In this document: piece after piece, positions 1 to 8,674 of the stretch
Position numbering within the stretch: position 1 is the first letter of the stretch
Layout of the letters: each line of letters opens with the position of its first letter
DNA from: Actinomycetota bacterium
GTDB lineage: Bacteria > Actinomycetota > UBA4738 > HRBIN12
Assembly: GCA_036505195.1 (NCBI GenBank)
Contig: DASXTX010000006.1
Span: 11,553-75,552, forward strand
Direction of reading: 5' to 3'
DNA length: 64,000 bases
Position numbers and translations under genes: made by a program
Notes under the pieces: model-generated
The model's input: only the letters and a program-made list of their open reading frames with translations
What the model was told of the DNA's origin: nothing
The model's database searches: none

Positions 1-142
1 CCTTGCTCGGTGGCGCAACGCTACCCCACGTCCGGGAGTCGAGTCGACCCAAGGGCGACGATCGGGGGGACCGATCTCAGCGGGTCGCGGGTAGGGTACG
101 GCTGCTTCTCACGGACAACGGAACCCCGGCGAAGGAGATCAG

Positions 143-1630
143 GTGAGGGTCCGGCCCGATCGAGGATCGTTCGAACGCTCGGCCCGGGGCTTCGCGCTCG
201 CACCGGTGTGGACCGAGCTGCTGGCCGACGTGTCCACGCCGGTCGGCGTCTTCCCGGCGCTCGCGGGGGATGGACCCGGCATCCTGCTCGAGAGCGTCGA
301 GCGTTCCGAGCGCTGGGGGCGGTATTCGTTCGTCGCCGGCGATCCCGCCGCGATCGTCGTGCTCGACCGGGAGGGTCTCCGGAACCTCGACGCGACGGAT
401 CGTTTGGCGGTCGAGATGCCGAACACCGGGAACCCGCGGGCCGACCTCGTCGCGTTGGCCTCGTCGCTCCGGGCGCCGCGGGTCGCCGACCTCCCCTCGC
501 TCACCGGCGGCCTGATGGGCTTCCTCTCGTACGAGGCGGCGGAGCTCCTGGACGGGCACCCGTTCCCGAGCGGCGACACCCTCGGGCCCCCGATCGCGCT
601 GATGCTTGCCGACCGCGCCGTCGTGTTCGACCACTGGCGGCAGCGCCTGCTCCTGGTTGCGCACGTCGCCCCCGACGCCTACGACGAGGGTGCGGAGGCG
701 CTGGAGGATCTGGCCGAACGGCTCTCCGCCCCGAACGCTCCGTCGCCGGAGCCCCTTCCGGGAACCATGCCCGACGTCGACTCCAAGGGCGAACCCAACA
801 TGCCCGACGAGCGCTACCGCGAGATCGTCCGGACGATGAAGGACCACATCTCGGCGGGCGACATCTACCAGGGCGTGCCCTCGCGCCGGCTCGGGTTCCC
901 GTGCACCGACGGCGGGTTCCCCGTCTACCGGAGGCTCCGCGTCACCAACCCCGCCCCCTACATGTTCTTCGTCCGGATGCTGGGACTCGAGCTCGCCGGC
1001 TCGTCGCCCGAACCACTCGTGCGCGTGGAGGGACGGACGGTCACGAGCCGTCCGATCGCCGGCACTCGCCCGCGGGGGGAGACCGAGCTCCGGGACCGCC
1101 TGTACGAACACGAGCTGCTCGCCGACCCGAAGGAGCGCGCGGAGCACGCGATGCTCGTCGACCTCGCCCGCAACGACCTCGGTCGCATCTGCACCCCCGG
1201 GACCGTCCGTCCGAGCGAGCTCATGTCGGTCGAGCGCTTCTCGAAGGTCATGCACATCGTGAGCACGGTGGAGGGCGAGCTCGCCGAGGGCGCCCACCCG
1301 CTCGACGCGCTCGCGGTGACGTTCCCCGCGGGGACGGTGACCGGCGCGCCGAAGCGTCGCGCGATGGAGCTGATCGCCGAGCTTGAGCCGACCGCACGCG
1401 GTCCGTACGCGGGGGCGGTCGGCTACTGCACGTTCGCGGGCGACCTCGACTTCTGCATCACGATCCGGACTGCGGTGGTCGCCGACGGCGCGGCGTACGT
1501 CCAGACGGGTGCGGGGGTCGTCGCGGACTCCGACCCCGACGTCGAGCTCGCCGAGACCAACGCGAAGGCCGCGGCCCTGCTGCCCGCGATCGTCGACGCG
1601 GAGGCATCCGGCGCCGGGGAGGACGCGTGA
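143..1630 (+). CDS. trpE: anthranilate synthase component I
   Basis: 495-aa ORF with chorismate-utilising enzyme signatures (PYMFFV, RPIAGTRPRG, GAVGY). GAAGGAG SD lies 6 nt before GTG 143. The stop overlaps the trpG start (GTGA). Confidence 0.9.
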   Translation: MRVRPDRGSFERSARGFALAPVWTELLADVSTPVGVFPALAGDGPGILLESVERSERWGRYSFVAGDPAAIVVLDREGLRNLDATDRLAVEMPNTGNPRADLVALASSLRAPRVADLPSLTGGLMGFLSYEAAELLDGHPFPSGDTLGPPIALMLADRAVVFDHWRQRLLLVAHVAPDAYDEGAEALEDLAERLSAPNAPSPEPLPGTMPDVDSKGEPNMPDERYREIVRTMKDHISAGDIYQGVPSRRLGFPCTDGGFPVYRRLRVTNPAPYMFFVRMLGLELAGSSPEPLVRVEGRTVTSRPIAGTRPRGETELRDRLYEHELLADPKERAEHAMLVDLARNDLGRICTPGTVRPSELMSVERFSKVMHIVSTVEGELAEGAHPLDALAVTFPAGTVTGAPKRRAMELIAELEPTARGPYAGAVGYCTFAGDLDFCITIRTAVVADGAAYVQTGAGVVADSDPDVELAETNAKAAALLPAIVDAEASGAGEDA

Positions 1631-2193
1631 TCCTGGTCGTCGACCACTACGACTCGTTCACGTACAACCTCGTGCAGCTGCTCGAGACCCTGGGGACGAC
1701 GACCGAGGTCGTGAAGAGCGACGCCGAGACCGCGGACGCCCTCGTCGCGCGCCGACCGGAGGCCGTCGTGCTTTCGCCGGGGCCGGGCCGACCCGAGGAC
1801 GCAGGGTGTTTCACCGAGCTGCTGCGGATCCTCCCGGCGTCGACGCCGGTGCTCGGCGTGTGCCTCGGCCATCAGGCGATGGGCGTGGTCGCCGGCGCTC
1901 GCGTCGAACGTGCGACGCCGGTGCACGGCAAGGCGTCGCTCGTCCACCACGACGGCACCGGGATCTTCGCGGACGTCCCCAACCCGTTCGAGGCCGGCAG
2001 GTACCACTCGCTCGTCGTGACCCGGGAGGGCTTCCCCGACGAGCTCGAACTGACCGCGTGGAGCGACGACGACCTCGTGATGGCGGCCCGGCACCGGACG
2101 CTGCCGAGGATCGGGGTGCAGTTCCACCCGGAGTCGATCCTGACGCCGGACGGCCCCACGATCGTCCGGAACTTCCTGTCCATCGTCGGGTAG
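1627..2193 (+). CDS. trpG: anthranilate synthase component II (glutamine amidotransferase)
   Basis: 188-aa ORF with class I GATase motifs (GVCLGHQAM, QFHPES). Overlaps the trpE stop. Confidence 0.9.
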   Translation: MILVVDHYDSFTYNLVQLLETLGTTTEVVKSDAETADALVARRPEAVVLSPGPGRPEDAGCFTELLRILPASTPVLGVCLGHQAMGVVAGARVERATPVHGKASLVHHDGTGIFADVPNPFEAGRYHSLVVTREGFPDELELTAWSDDDLVMAARHRTLPRIGVQFHPESILTPDGPTIVRNFLSIVG

Positions 2194-2208
2194 TTCCTCG
2201 AACGCGCC

Positions 2209-2240
2209 GAAGGGCCGGAGCCGTACGGCTCCGGCCCTTC
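2209..2240. terminator. bidirectional GC-rich hairpin between convergent trpG and the 2282-2614 gene
   Basis: Perfect 14-bp inverted repeat GAAGGGCCGGAGCC-GTAC-GGCTCCGGCCCTTC, 16 nt after the trpG stop. Confidence 0.6.
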
Positions 2241-2287
2241 GGGATGTCCGTTCGTTAGGCGCCCTTCGGGATGTCCGTTCGTTAGGC
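2234..2287. repeat. perfect 27-bp tandem duplication (2 copies)
   Basis: GCCCTTCGGGATGTCCGTTCGTTAGGC occurs at 2234-2260 and again at 2261-2287. Copy 2 carries the TAA stop of the minus-strand gene, and copy 1 overlaps the 3' arm of the terminator hairpin. Confidence 0.9.
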
Positions 2288-2614
2288 GCCGAACGTGGGC
2301 CTCAGCTCTCCGCCCGGCATCTGCACGAACCCGGCAGGGATCTTCTCCACGGTCGCGGTCTCATCCACTGGGATCGGCGAGAACGGCCTCGGCTGGAGGC
2401 CCGCCTTGATCAAACCCGGGACCTGTGTCGGCGGCTCGAGCGCGGTGGAGACCGCCTCGTTGGCCGAACGCGCGGGCGTCTGCGTGATGCCATCGGACCG
2501 GATCAGCGTCCCGACGGCGACCGCCGCGGTGACCATGACGATCGCGAACAACACGATCCAAGTGGCCTTCGGGGCTCGCCTGCCCCCTCCGAGCGTCTCG
2601 ATCCTGGTGGCCAT
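2282..2614 (-). CDS. hypothetical membrane-anchored protein
   Basis: ATG at 2614 is preceded by GAAGGAGG with an 8-nt spacer. One hydrophobic helix (WIVLFAIVMVTAAVAVGTLI). No family recognised. Confidence 0.55.
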   Translation of the reverse strand: MATRIETLGGGRRAPKATWIVLFAIVMVTAAVAVGTLIRSDGITQTPARSANEAVSTALEPPTQVPGLIKAGLQPRPFSPIPVDETATVEKIPAGFVQMPGGELRPTFGA

Positions 2615-2766
2615 CGACCTCGCCTCCTTCGGTTTCGTCCGGGCCACCGTAGGCCGGCGAGGTCGGAGGGTTCGGTGCCGCGTACCACCGATCGGGCGTG
2701 CTCGCGGTCACATGCGCGCTGCCAGCCGCCGGACGCGTCGACGCTCGGGCGTGGACGAGGCGCGGC

Positions 2767-3858
2767 CTACGTCTCGGCCTCCGACTCGCGCGCGATCGCG
2801 ATCTTCCGAGCCTCCTCGATGACCCGCTCGACGAACCGGTCCTCGGGGATCTTGTCGACCACCTCGCCCCTCACGATGAGGAACCCCTGGCCCTTGCCGG
2901 CCGCGATCCCGAGATCGGCCTCCCGAGCCTCGCCCGGCCCGTTCACGACGCATCCCATCACGGCGACGCGGATGGGGACCTTCAGCCCCTCGCGTTCGAT
3001 CGCCTGCTGCACCTGCTTGGTGAGGCCGAGGACGTCGACCTCCGCCCGCCCGCAGGAGGGACACGCCACGAGGTCGAGTCCGCGCTTGCGCAGGCCGAGC
3101 GACTGCAGGATCCACGTCCCAACCTTGACCTCCTCGACCGGATCGTCCGTGAGCGAGACGCGGATCGTGTCGCCGATCCCCTCCGAGAGCAGCGTGCCGA
3201 TCCCCACCGCGCTCTTGACACCCCCGGCCGGCATCGGGCCGGCCTCGGTGACGCCGAGGTGCAGCGGATAGTCGCAGGCCTCCGCGAGCAACCGGTACGC
3301 CTGGATCATGACGCCGGCGTTCGAGTGCTTGACCGAGATCTTGATATCGGAGAAGTCCTCCTCTTCGAGGATCCTGGCCTCGTACAGCGCGCTCTCCACC
3401 AGGGCCGCCGCCGTCGGAGCGCCATGCTTGGCCAGCACGCCTTTCTCGAGCGACCCCGCGTTGACCCCGATGCGGATCGGCACGCTCCGAGCCCTGGCCT
3501 CGCGCGCGATCAGCCGGACCTTGTCCTGGTACTTGATGTTTCCCGGGTTGATGCGCAGCCCCTGGACCCCGGCCTCGAGGGCGGCCATCGCGTACTTCCA
3601 CTGGAAATGGATGTCGGCGACCACCGGGACCGTCGACTTGGCCGCGATCGCCGTCAGAGCCTCGGCGTCCTCCCAGTGCGGCACGGCCACCCGGACGATG
3701 TCGACGCCGGCCGCGACCAGCGAGGCGATCTGCTGCAGGGTCGCGTTGATGTCGGCGGTCTTGGTCGTGGTCATCGACTGGACGCGGATCGGTGCGTCGC
3801 CGCCGATCGTCACGTCGCCCACCCGCACCTGCCGGGTCTTCCTGCGTTCGGTCAGCAC
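2767..3858 (-). CDS. ispG: 4-hydroxy-3-methylbut-2-enyl diphosphate synthase (flavodoxin type)
   Basis: GcpE family sequence ([26 protein letters not shown]). Start assigned to GTG 3858 ([11 protein letters not shown]). The upstream part of the 547-aa track ORF runs across the neighbouring gene and the repeat element. Confidence 0.9.
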   Translation of the reverse strand: MLTERRKTRQVRVGDVTIGGDAPIRVQSMTTTKTADINATLQQIASLVAAGVDIVRVAVPHWEDAEALTAIAAKSTVPVVADIHFQWKYAMAALEAGVQGLRINPGNIKYQDKVRLIAREARARSVPIRIGVNAGSLEKGVLAKHGAPTAAALVESALYEARILEEEDFSDIKISVKHSNAGVMIQAYRLLAEACDYPLHLGVTEAGPMPAGGVKSAVGIGTLLSEGIGDTIRVSLTDDPVEEVKVGTWILQSLGLRKRGLDLVACPSCGRAEVDVLGLTKQVQQAIEREGLKVPIRVAVMGCVVNGPGEAREADLGIAAGKGQGFLIVRGEVVDKIPEDRFVERVIEEARKIAIARESEAET

Positions 3859-3880
3859 GGTTCCAGTCTCCCATTCCCTA

Positions 3881-3927
3881 CGGGGGGTACCGCTCGCGCA
3901 TCCGCGCTCGCTCCTTGAGCCCCCGGC
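3881..3927. repeat. REP-like GC-rich intergenic repeat, copy A (ispG 5' leader)
   Basis: A 37-nt core TACCGCTCGCGCATCCGCGCTCGCTCCTTGAGCCCCC is identical to the copy at 40438-40474. Outer inverted repeat is GGGGG(G/C)T...AGCCCCC. Confidence 0.8.
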
Positions 3928-3941
3928 ACCCCCGGCCCGCG

Positions 3942-4391
3942 CTACTCGCCGAACACGTGGAAGACGACCTGCCGGTCCTTGGGTTCGTCCATCTCGAACA
4001 GGATCAGCCGCTGCCACCGCCCCAGCATCGCCGAGCCGTCCGCCACGGGGATCGCGTGCGAGGAGGCCGAGAGCAGCATCGCCTTCACGTGCGCGGGGCC
4101 GTTCCGGCGCTCGTGGGACTCGTCCAGGTTCTGCGTGCGGCGCGCCGCGTCGTCGTGCGCGTAGTACACGTCGTCGGGGACCAGGCGCAGCATCCGGGCC
4201 CGGAAGTCCTCGAGCGCGCCGTCCTCCCACTCGTTGACGATCAGCGCGCACGTCGTGTGGGCGCAGAACGCAACCACCGATCCATCGGTGACGCCCGAGT
4301 CCTTGATCGCACGCTCGAGCTCCTCCGTGAGGTCGAGGAACGCGTAGCGCTGCGGAGCGGCGATCTCGATGGTCGTGGTTGCGGATCTCAT
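3942..4391 (-). CDS. YjbQ/UPF0047-family protein (secondary thiamine-phosphate synthase-like)
   Basis: 149-aa ORF resembling the YjbQ family ([23 protein letters not shown]). Its start overlaps the stop of the histidine kinase (ATGA). Confidence 0.7.
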   Translation of the reverse strand: MRSATTTIEIAAPQRYAFLDLTEELERAIKDSGVTDGSVVAFCAHTTCALIVNEWEDGALEDFRARMLRLVPDDVYYAHDDAARRTQNLDESHERRNGPAHVKAMLLSASSHAIPVADGSAMLGRWQRLILFEMDEPKDRQVVFHVFGE

Positions 4392-5491
4392 CCCTTCCTC
4401 CTCGTGTCATTCGCGGGCGTACCCCCCGAGCGTTGGCGCTCCTGCCGCGGATCCGATGGCGACGCGACCGGCAGCTCGAACGTGAAGGCGCTCCCGCGAC
4501 CGGGCTCGCTGTCGGCCCAGATCCGCCCGCCGTGCGCCTCGACCACCGAACGCGCGATCGCGAGCCCGATCCCGGTCCCGCCGTCGTCGCGCGAACGCGA
4601 CTCGTCCACCCGGTAGAAGCGTTCGAACACGTGGGGCAGGTGCTCGGCAGGGATGCCCGGGCCCGTGTCGGCGACGACCACGTCGATCGAGCCGTTGTGG
4701 CTCGACGCCGAGACCGTCACGCGCCCGCCGGTCGGCGTGAGCCGCACCGCGTTGTCGAGTAGGTTGAACAGCACCTGATGGACCCGCTCGCGGTCGGCGA
4801 AGACCGGCGGCAGGTCTCCCGGCACGTCGTCGTCGAGTGTCACGCCCGGGTCGGGGCGGGCGACCTGGATCTCGGAGAACACCTGCGAGACGAGCGGCGC
4901 GAGCTCGACGCGTTCGCGCTCGAGCGGCACGTCGCCCGACTCGAGCCGCGACAGATCGAGGAGCTGGTCCACGAGCCGTCCCAGCCGCTCGGATTGCACA
5001 AGCATGATCTGCACCGTCTCGGGGTCGGGCTGCTCCACGCCGTCCAGCAGGTTCTCCAGGTGGGCCCGGAGCGCCGAGATCGGGGTCTTGAGCTCGTGCG
5101 ACACGTTCGCCACGAGCTCGCGGCGCAGGAGCTCGAGCCCCTCGAGTTCCGTGCTCATCCGGTTGAACGCCTCGGCGAGCTTGCCGACCTCGTCGCGCGA
5201 GTCCGTGTGGATCCGCTGCGAGTAGTCGCCGGTCTCCATGCGACGGGCCGCCCGCGCCATGTCGCGGAGCGGCTGCGTCATCCCTCGTGCGACCCATCGA
5301 GCGATCACGAGCGCGATGCCCGCGCCCAGGACGCCGGCGAGCAGGAGCTCCCACCAATGCGCGCCGATCGTGAAGACCTCGAACCCCACGCCGAGGATCA
5401 GGTAGACGAGCAGGAGGGTCATCCCGACGGCGAACACGATGACCGATCCGAGCTTCGACCGGATCGTGGGCAGCCGCTGCAGGAGCGTCAC
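4388..5491 (-). CDS. sensor histidine kinase (TM-HAMP-HisKA-HATPase)
   Basis: H-box [13 protein letters not shown] boxes ([27 protein letters not shown]), and two N-terminal TM helices. Start set at GTG 5491, 7 nt after the regulator stop. Confidence 0.85.
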   Translation of the reverse strand: MTLLQRLPTIRSKLGSVIVFAVGMTLLLVYLILGVGFEVFTIGAHWWELLLAGVLGAGIALVIARWVARGMTQPLRDMARAARRMETGDYSQRIHTDSRDEVGKLAEAFNRMSTELEGLELLRRELVANVSHELKTPISALRAHLENLLDGVEQPDPETVQIMLVQSERLGRLVDQLLDLSRLESGDVPLERERVELAPLVSQVFSEIQVARPDPGVTLDDDVPGDLPPVFADRERVHQVLFNLLDNAVRLTPTGGRVTVSASSHNGSIDVVVADTGPGIPAEHLPHVFERFYRVDESRSRDDGGTGIGLAIARSVVEAHGGRIWADSEPGRGSAFTFELPVASPSDPRQERQRSGGTPANDTRRKG

Positions 5492-5498
5492 GGCCGGT

Positions 5499-6191
5499 TC
5501 ACTCGTCCCCGAACGCGTAGCCGACGCCGTGCACCGTGCGGACGAACCTCGGCTCGGCGCCATCCTCGCCCAGCTTCCGGCGGATGCGCGCCACGTGCGA
5601 ATCGACGACGCGTCCACCCGCGTAGTCGCGGTACCCCCAGACGCGATCCATCAGCTGCTCGCGGCTGAGGACGACGCCGGGCTCGCGGGCGAGCGCGAGC
5701 AGGATCTCGAACTCGAGCGGGGTGAGCTGCACCTCCTCGCCGTCCACGCTCACCTTGCGTTTGGCGGGATCGACCGAGAGCCCGCCGTGGTCGATCGGCA
5801 CGGTCGATGGAGGCGAGGTGATGCGTTCGACGCGTCGCAGGATCGCCCTGACCCGGACCGTCAGCTCTCGGAGGCTGAACGGCTTCGTCAGGTAGTCGTC
5901 CGCGCCCACCGCGAACCCGGCCACCTTGTCGGCCTCTTCGGTCCGCGCCGTCAGCATCAGGACGGGTACCCAGCGCCCGGCCTGGAGCCTCCGGCACACC
6001 TCGAGACCGTCCATCCCGGGGAGCATCAGGTCGAGCACGACCAGATCGGGTTCCTCCGCGCCCGCCAGCTCCAGCGCCTGCGGGCCGTCGGACGCCACCA
6101 GCACCCGGAACCCCTCGCTCGAGAGGCGGGCGCGGACGGCTTCGGCGATCGCGGTCTCGTCGTCCACCACCAAGACGGTCTGCTCGGTCAC
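5499..6191 (-). CDS. OmpR/PhoB-family response regulator
   Basis: Receiver domain (VLVVDDE, DLVVLDLMLPGMDG, KP) plus winged-helix C-terminus (RVWGY, HVARIRRKL, VHGVGY). Confidence 0.9.
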   Translation of the reverse strand: MTEQTVLVVDDETAIAEAVRARLSSEGFRVLVASDGPQALELAGAEEPDLVVLDLMLPGMDGLEVCRRLQAGRWVPVLMLTARTEEADKVAGFAVGADDYLTKPFSLRELTVRVRAILRRVERITSPPSTVPIDHGGLSVDPAKRKVSVDGEEVQLTPLEFEILLALAREPGVVLSREQLMDRVWGYRDYAGGRVVDSHVARIRRKLGEDGAEPRFVRTVHGVGYAFGDE

Positions 6192-6319
6192 CGGCCCATC
6201 GTAGCCGTCGGGCCTTCGCGGCCCTCCGGCCGGGTGTTGAGAAATCGTGGCGGCGCCGACCGGGTCAGGACCGATGGCGTGGCACGAACGCCCCGGATCG
6301 ATCCCTCGGATCGCGGCAG

Positions 6320-7438
6320 CTAGACGGGCGGCTTGACGAGGTCCACGTACACGACGGCGACCGTGAAGACGATGAAGAACCCGGCGACCGCCGCCGAGAC
6401 CGGGACCACCTTGCGCATGTCGACCGGCCGGCCCCGGATCTTCTCGATCGCGAGGACCGTGAGGTGCCCGCCGTCGAACGGCGGCAACGGGAGGAGGTTC
6501 AGCAGACCGACGAAGACGTTCACGACGCCGAACAGGAAGAGCAGGTCGCCGAACTGATCCTCGGACGCGAGGTTGCCCGCGAGCCGCCCCACCCCGACCA
6601 CGCTCGCGGGGTCGCTCGGCTGGCGGGCCTCGTCCGTGAAGACCAGGTCGAACAGGCGACCCAGCCCCTCAGGTCCGAAGATCCGCCCAACCCCCTGCAC
6701 CGTGAGGACGGCCTGCTCGCCGAGGAGGCCGACGGCACCGGTGACCGACCCGACCGGACCTTCGGTCTCGCGGATGATCCTTCGAGGCTCCACTCCGACG
6801 CCGATCCGGCCGATCCGCTCGCCGGCCACCTGAGACAGGACCGGGGCCATCACGGCCCGGAACGTCCTGCCGTCGCGCTCGATCATGAACGTCACGGGCT
6901 CCCCGGCGTGCGCGGTGGTGAACGCCACCAGCTCGTCGGCGGACGGATCGGTGAGGCCGTCGACGGCGACCACCACGTCGCCGGACCGGAGTCCGGCCGC
7001 CGAGGCCGGCGACTCCACGCCGTGGAGGCGGGACACGACCGAGTCGATCACGACGCCCTTGGCCACCGGCTGCCCGACGAACCCCAGCCAGAGCCCGAAG
7101 CACAGGAACGCCAGGACGAAGTGGGTCGCCGGCCCCGCGAGGATCACGAGCGACCGCTGCCAGATCGGCTTGGCCCCGAACGTCCGTGGGAAGTCCTCGG
7201 GCGCGACCGTCTCGTACGGGTTCATCCCGGCGATCTTCACGTAACCGCCGGCCGGGATCGCCTTGAGGCCGACCTCGGTTTCCCCCCGCATCCGCGACCA
7301 GAGCTTTGGACCGAAGCCGACGAAGAACTCGGTCACCTTGATCCCGTACGCCCGCGCGACCGCGTAGTGCGCGGCCTCGTGGATCACGATCACGAGGATC
7401 AGGGCGAGGAAGAAGGCACCGATGCCGAGGGCCGCCAC
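6320..7438 (-). CDS. rseP: site-2 protease, M50 zinc metalloprotease
   Basis: HEAAHY (HExxH) lies in the first TM segment, with a PDZ-like middle and C-terminal LPLPPFDGG. Start at GTG 7438, just after the dxr stop at 7450. Confidence 0.85.
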   Translation of the reverse strand: MAALGIGAFFLALILVIVIHEAAHYAVARAYGIKVTEFFVGFGPKLWSRMRGETEVGLKAIPAGGYVKIAGMNPYETVAPEDFPRTFGAKPIWQRSLVILAGPATHFVLAFLCFGLWLGFVGQPVAKGVVIDSVVSRLHGVESPASAAGLRSGDVVVAVDGLTDPSADELVAFTTAHAGEPVTFMIERDGRTFRAVMAPVLSQVAGERIGRIGVGVEPRRIIRETEGPVGSVTGAVGLLGEQAVLTVQGVGRIFGPEGLGRLFDLVFTDEARQPSDPASVVGVGRLAGNLASEDQFGDLLFLFGVVNVFVGLLNLLPLPPFDGGHLTVLAIEKIRGRPVDMRKVVPVSAAVAGFFIVFTVAVVYVDLVKPPV

Positions 7439-7449
7439 GGGGGACCGTC

Positions 7450-8607
7450 CTACCGAGCCTCGATGATCTCGGCGGCACGCCGGCGAGCCCAGGTATCGGC
7501 CCGCTCGAGGTTCACCACCGAGACCACGCTCGAGGGCGCCTCGTGCTCGTCGACGACGGCCGTGACGACCTCGACGATGCGCGTGAGGGGGATCTTGCCC
7601 TCGAGGAAGGCCATGACCGCGACCTCGTTGGCCGCGCTCATGACCGCGGGGAAGGTCAGAGCGAGCTCGCCGACGCGATAGGACAGGTCGATCGCCGGGA
7701 ACGCCTCCCGATCGACCGGCTCGAACGACAGGCGGCTGTCGGCGAGTGGAACGGGGCCCACGCCCGTCGGGAGCCGCTCGGGCCAGGCGAGCGCGAGCTG
7801 GATGGGCAGCCGCATGTCCGGGACCGCGAGCTGAGCGGTCATCGACCCGTCCCGGAACTCCGCGAGCGCGTGCACGAGGCCCTCCGGGTGGATCACGGCG
7901 TGGATCTGCGAGTACTCGAGCCCGAACAGGTAGTGCGCCTCGATCACCTCGAGGCCTTTGTTCATCAACGTGGCCGAGTCGATCGTGATCTTCGGCCCCA
8001 TCTGCCAGACGGGGTGCGCGAGCGCCTCCTTCACGGAAGCCTTGGCGAGCTCCGCGTGGGTCCAGCCCCGGAACGGACCGCCCGACCCGGTCAGGATCAC
8101 GCGCTTCAGGTCCTCGCGGCGCTCCCCGCGCAGGCATTGAGCGAGCGCGGCGTGTTCCGAGTCGACCGGGATGAGCCGCTCCGGCTCGCCCTTGATCAGG
8201 TCGACGACGAGGTCGCCACCGACGACCAGGCTCTCCTTGTTTGCGAGGGCGAGCAGCTTGCCCGCCTGCAGGGTCGCGAGCGTGGGCGCCAGGCCGGCCG
8301 ACCCGACCAACGCGTTCAGGACCATGTCGGCCTCGGAATCTCGCGCCAGGCTCTCGGCCGCCTCGGGCCCCACGTGGACCTCAACGCCCCTGATGCCGGT
8401 GAGCTTCTCCTCGAGGTCGACGGCCGCCTCGTCGTTCGCGATGGCCACGTGCGGCGGGAGGAACTCCCGGATCTGCCCGACCAGGAGCTCCTGGTTGGTG
8501 CCCGCGGACAGGCCGACCACCTTGAACCGGTCGGGGTTGTGCCGCACGACGTCGAGCGCCTGCGTCCCCACCGATCCCGTCGAGCCGAGGATCACGAGCG
8601 AGCGCAT
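7450..8607 (-). CDS. dxr: 1-deoxy-D-xylulose 5-phosphate reductoisomerase
   Basis: N-terminal ILGSTGSVGTQALDV NADPH motif, NKES, and full-length Dxr-like sequence. Start at the MRSLVILG methionine. Confidence 0.9.
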   Translation of the reverse strand: MRSLVILGSTGSVGTQALDVVRHNPDRFKVVGLSAGTNQELLVGQIREFLPPHVAIANDEAAVDLEEKLTGIRGVEVHVGPEAAESLARDSEADMVLNALVGSAGLAPTLATLQAGKLLALANKESLVVGGDLVVDLIKGEPERLIPVDSEHAALAQCLRGERREDLKRVILTGSGGPFRGWTHAELAKASVKEALAHPVWQMGPKITIDSATLMNKGLEVIEAHYLFGLEYSQIHAVIHPEGLVHALAEFRDGSMTAQLAVPDMRLPIQLALAWPERLPTGVGPVPLADSRLSFEPVDREAFPAIDLSYRVGELALTFPAVMSAANEVAVMAFLEGKIPLTRIVEVVTAVVDEHEAPSSVVSVVNLERADTWARRRAAEIIEAR

Positions 8608-8674
8608 CGCCCCAACGATACCCCGCGGCGCCCACAAACCACGGAAGGTCGGCTGACCCCGGGTGAGAGAGGCC

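Noticed and set aside
1-142. Possible trp leader peptide or attenuator upstream of trpE.
   Set aside because: No short ORF with tandem Trp codons and no clear alternative hairpins are visible. The window edge also truncates the region.
2767-4410. 547-aa version of ispG (and similar long N-terminal versions of rseP, rpsB, whiG, rnhB, ddl, thiL, plsC and recG in the ORF track).
   Set aside because: The upstream portions overlap neighbouring bona fide genes or repeat elements and are Arg-rich. Conserved N-termini with SD sequences or stop/start overlaps occur at internal GTG or ATG codons.
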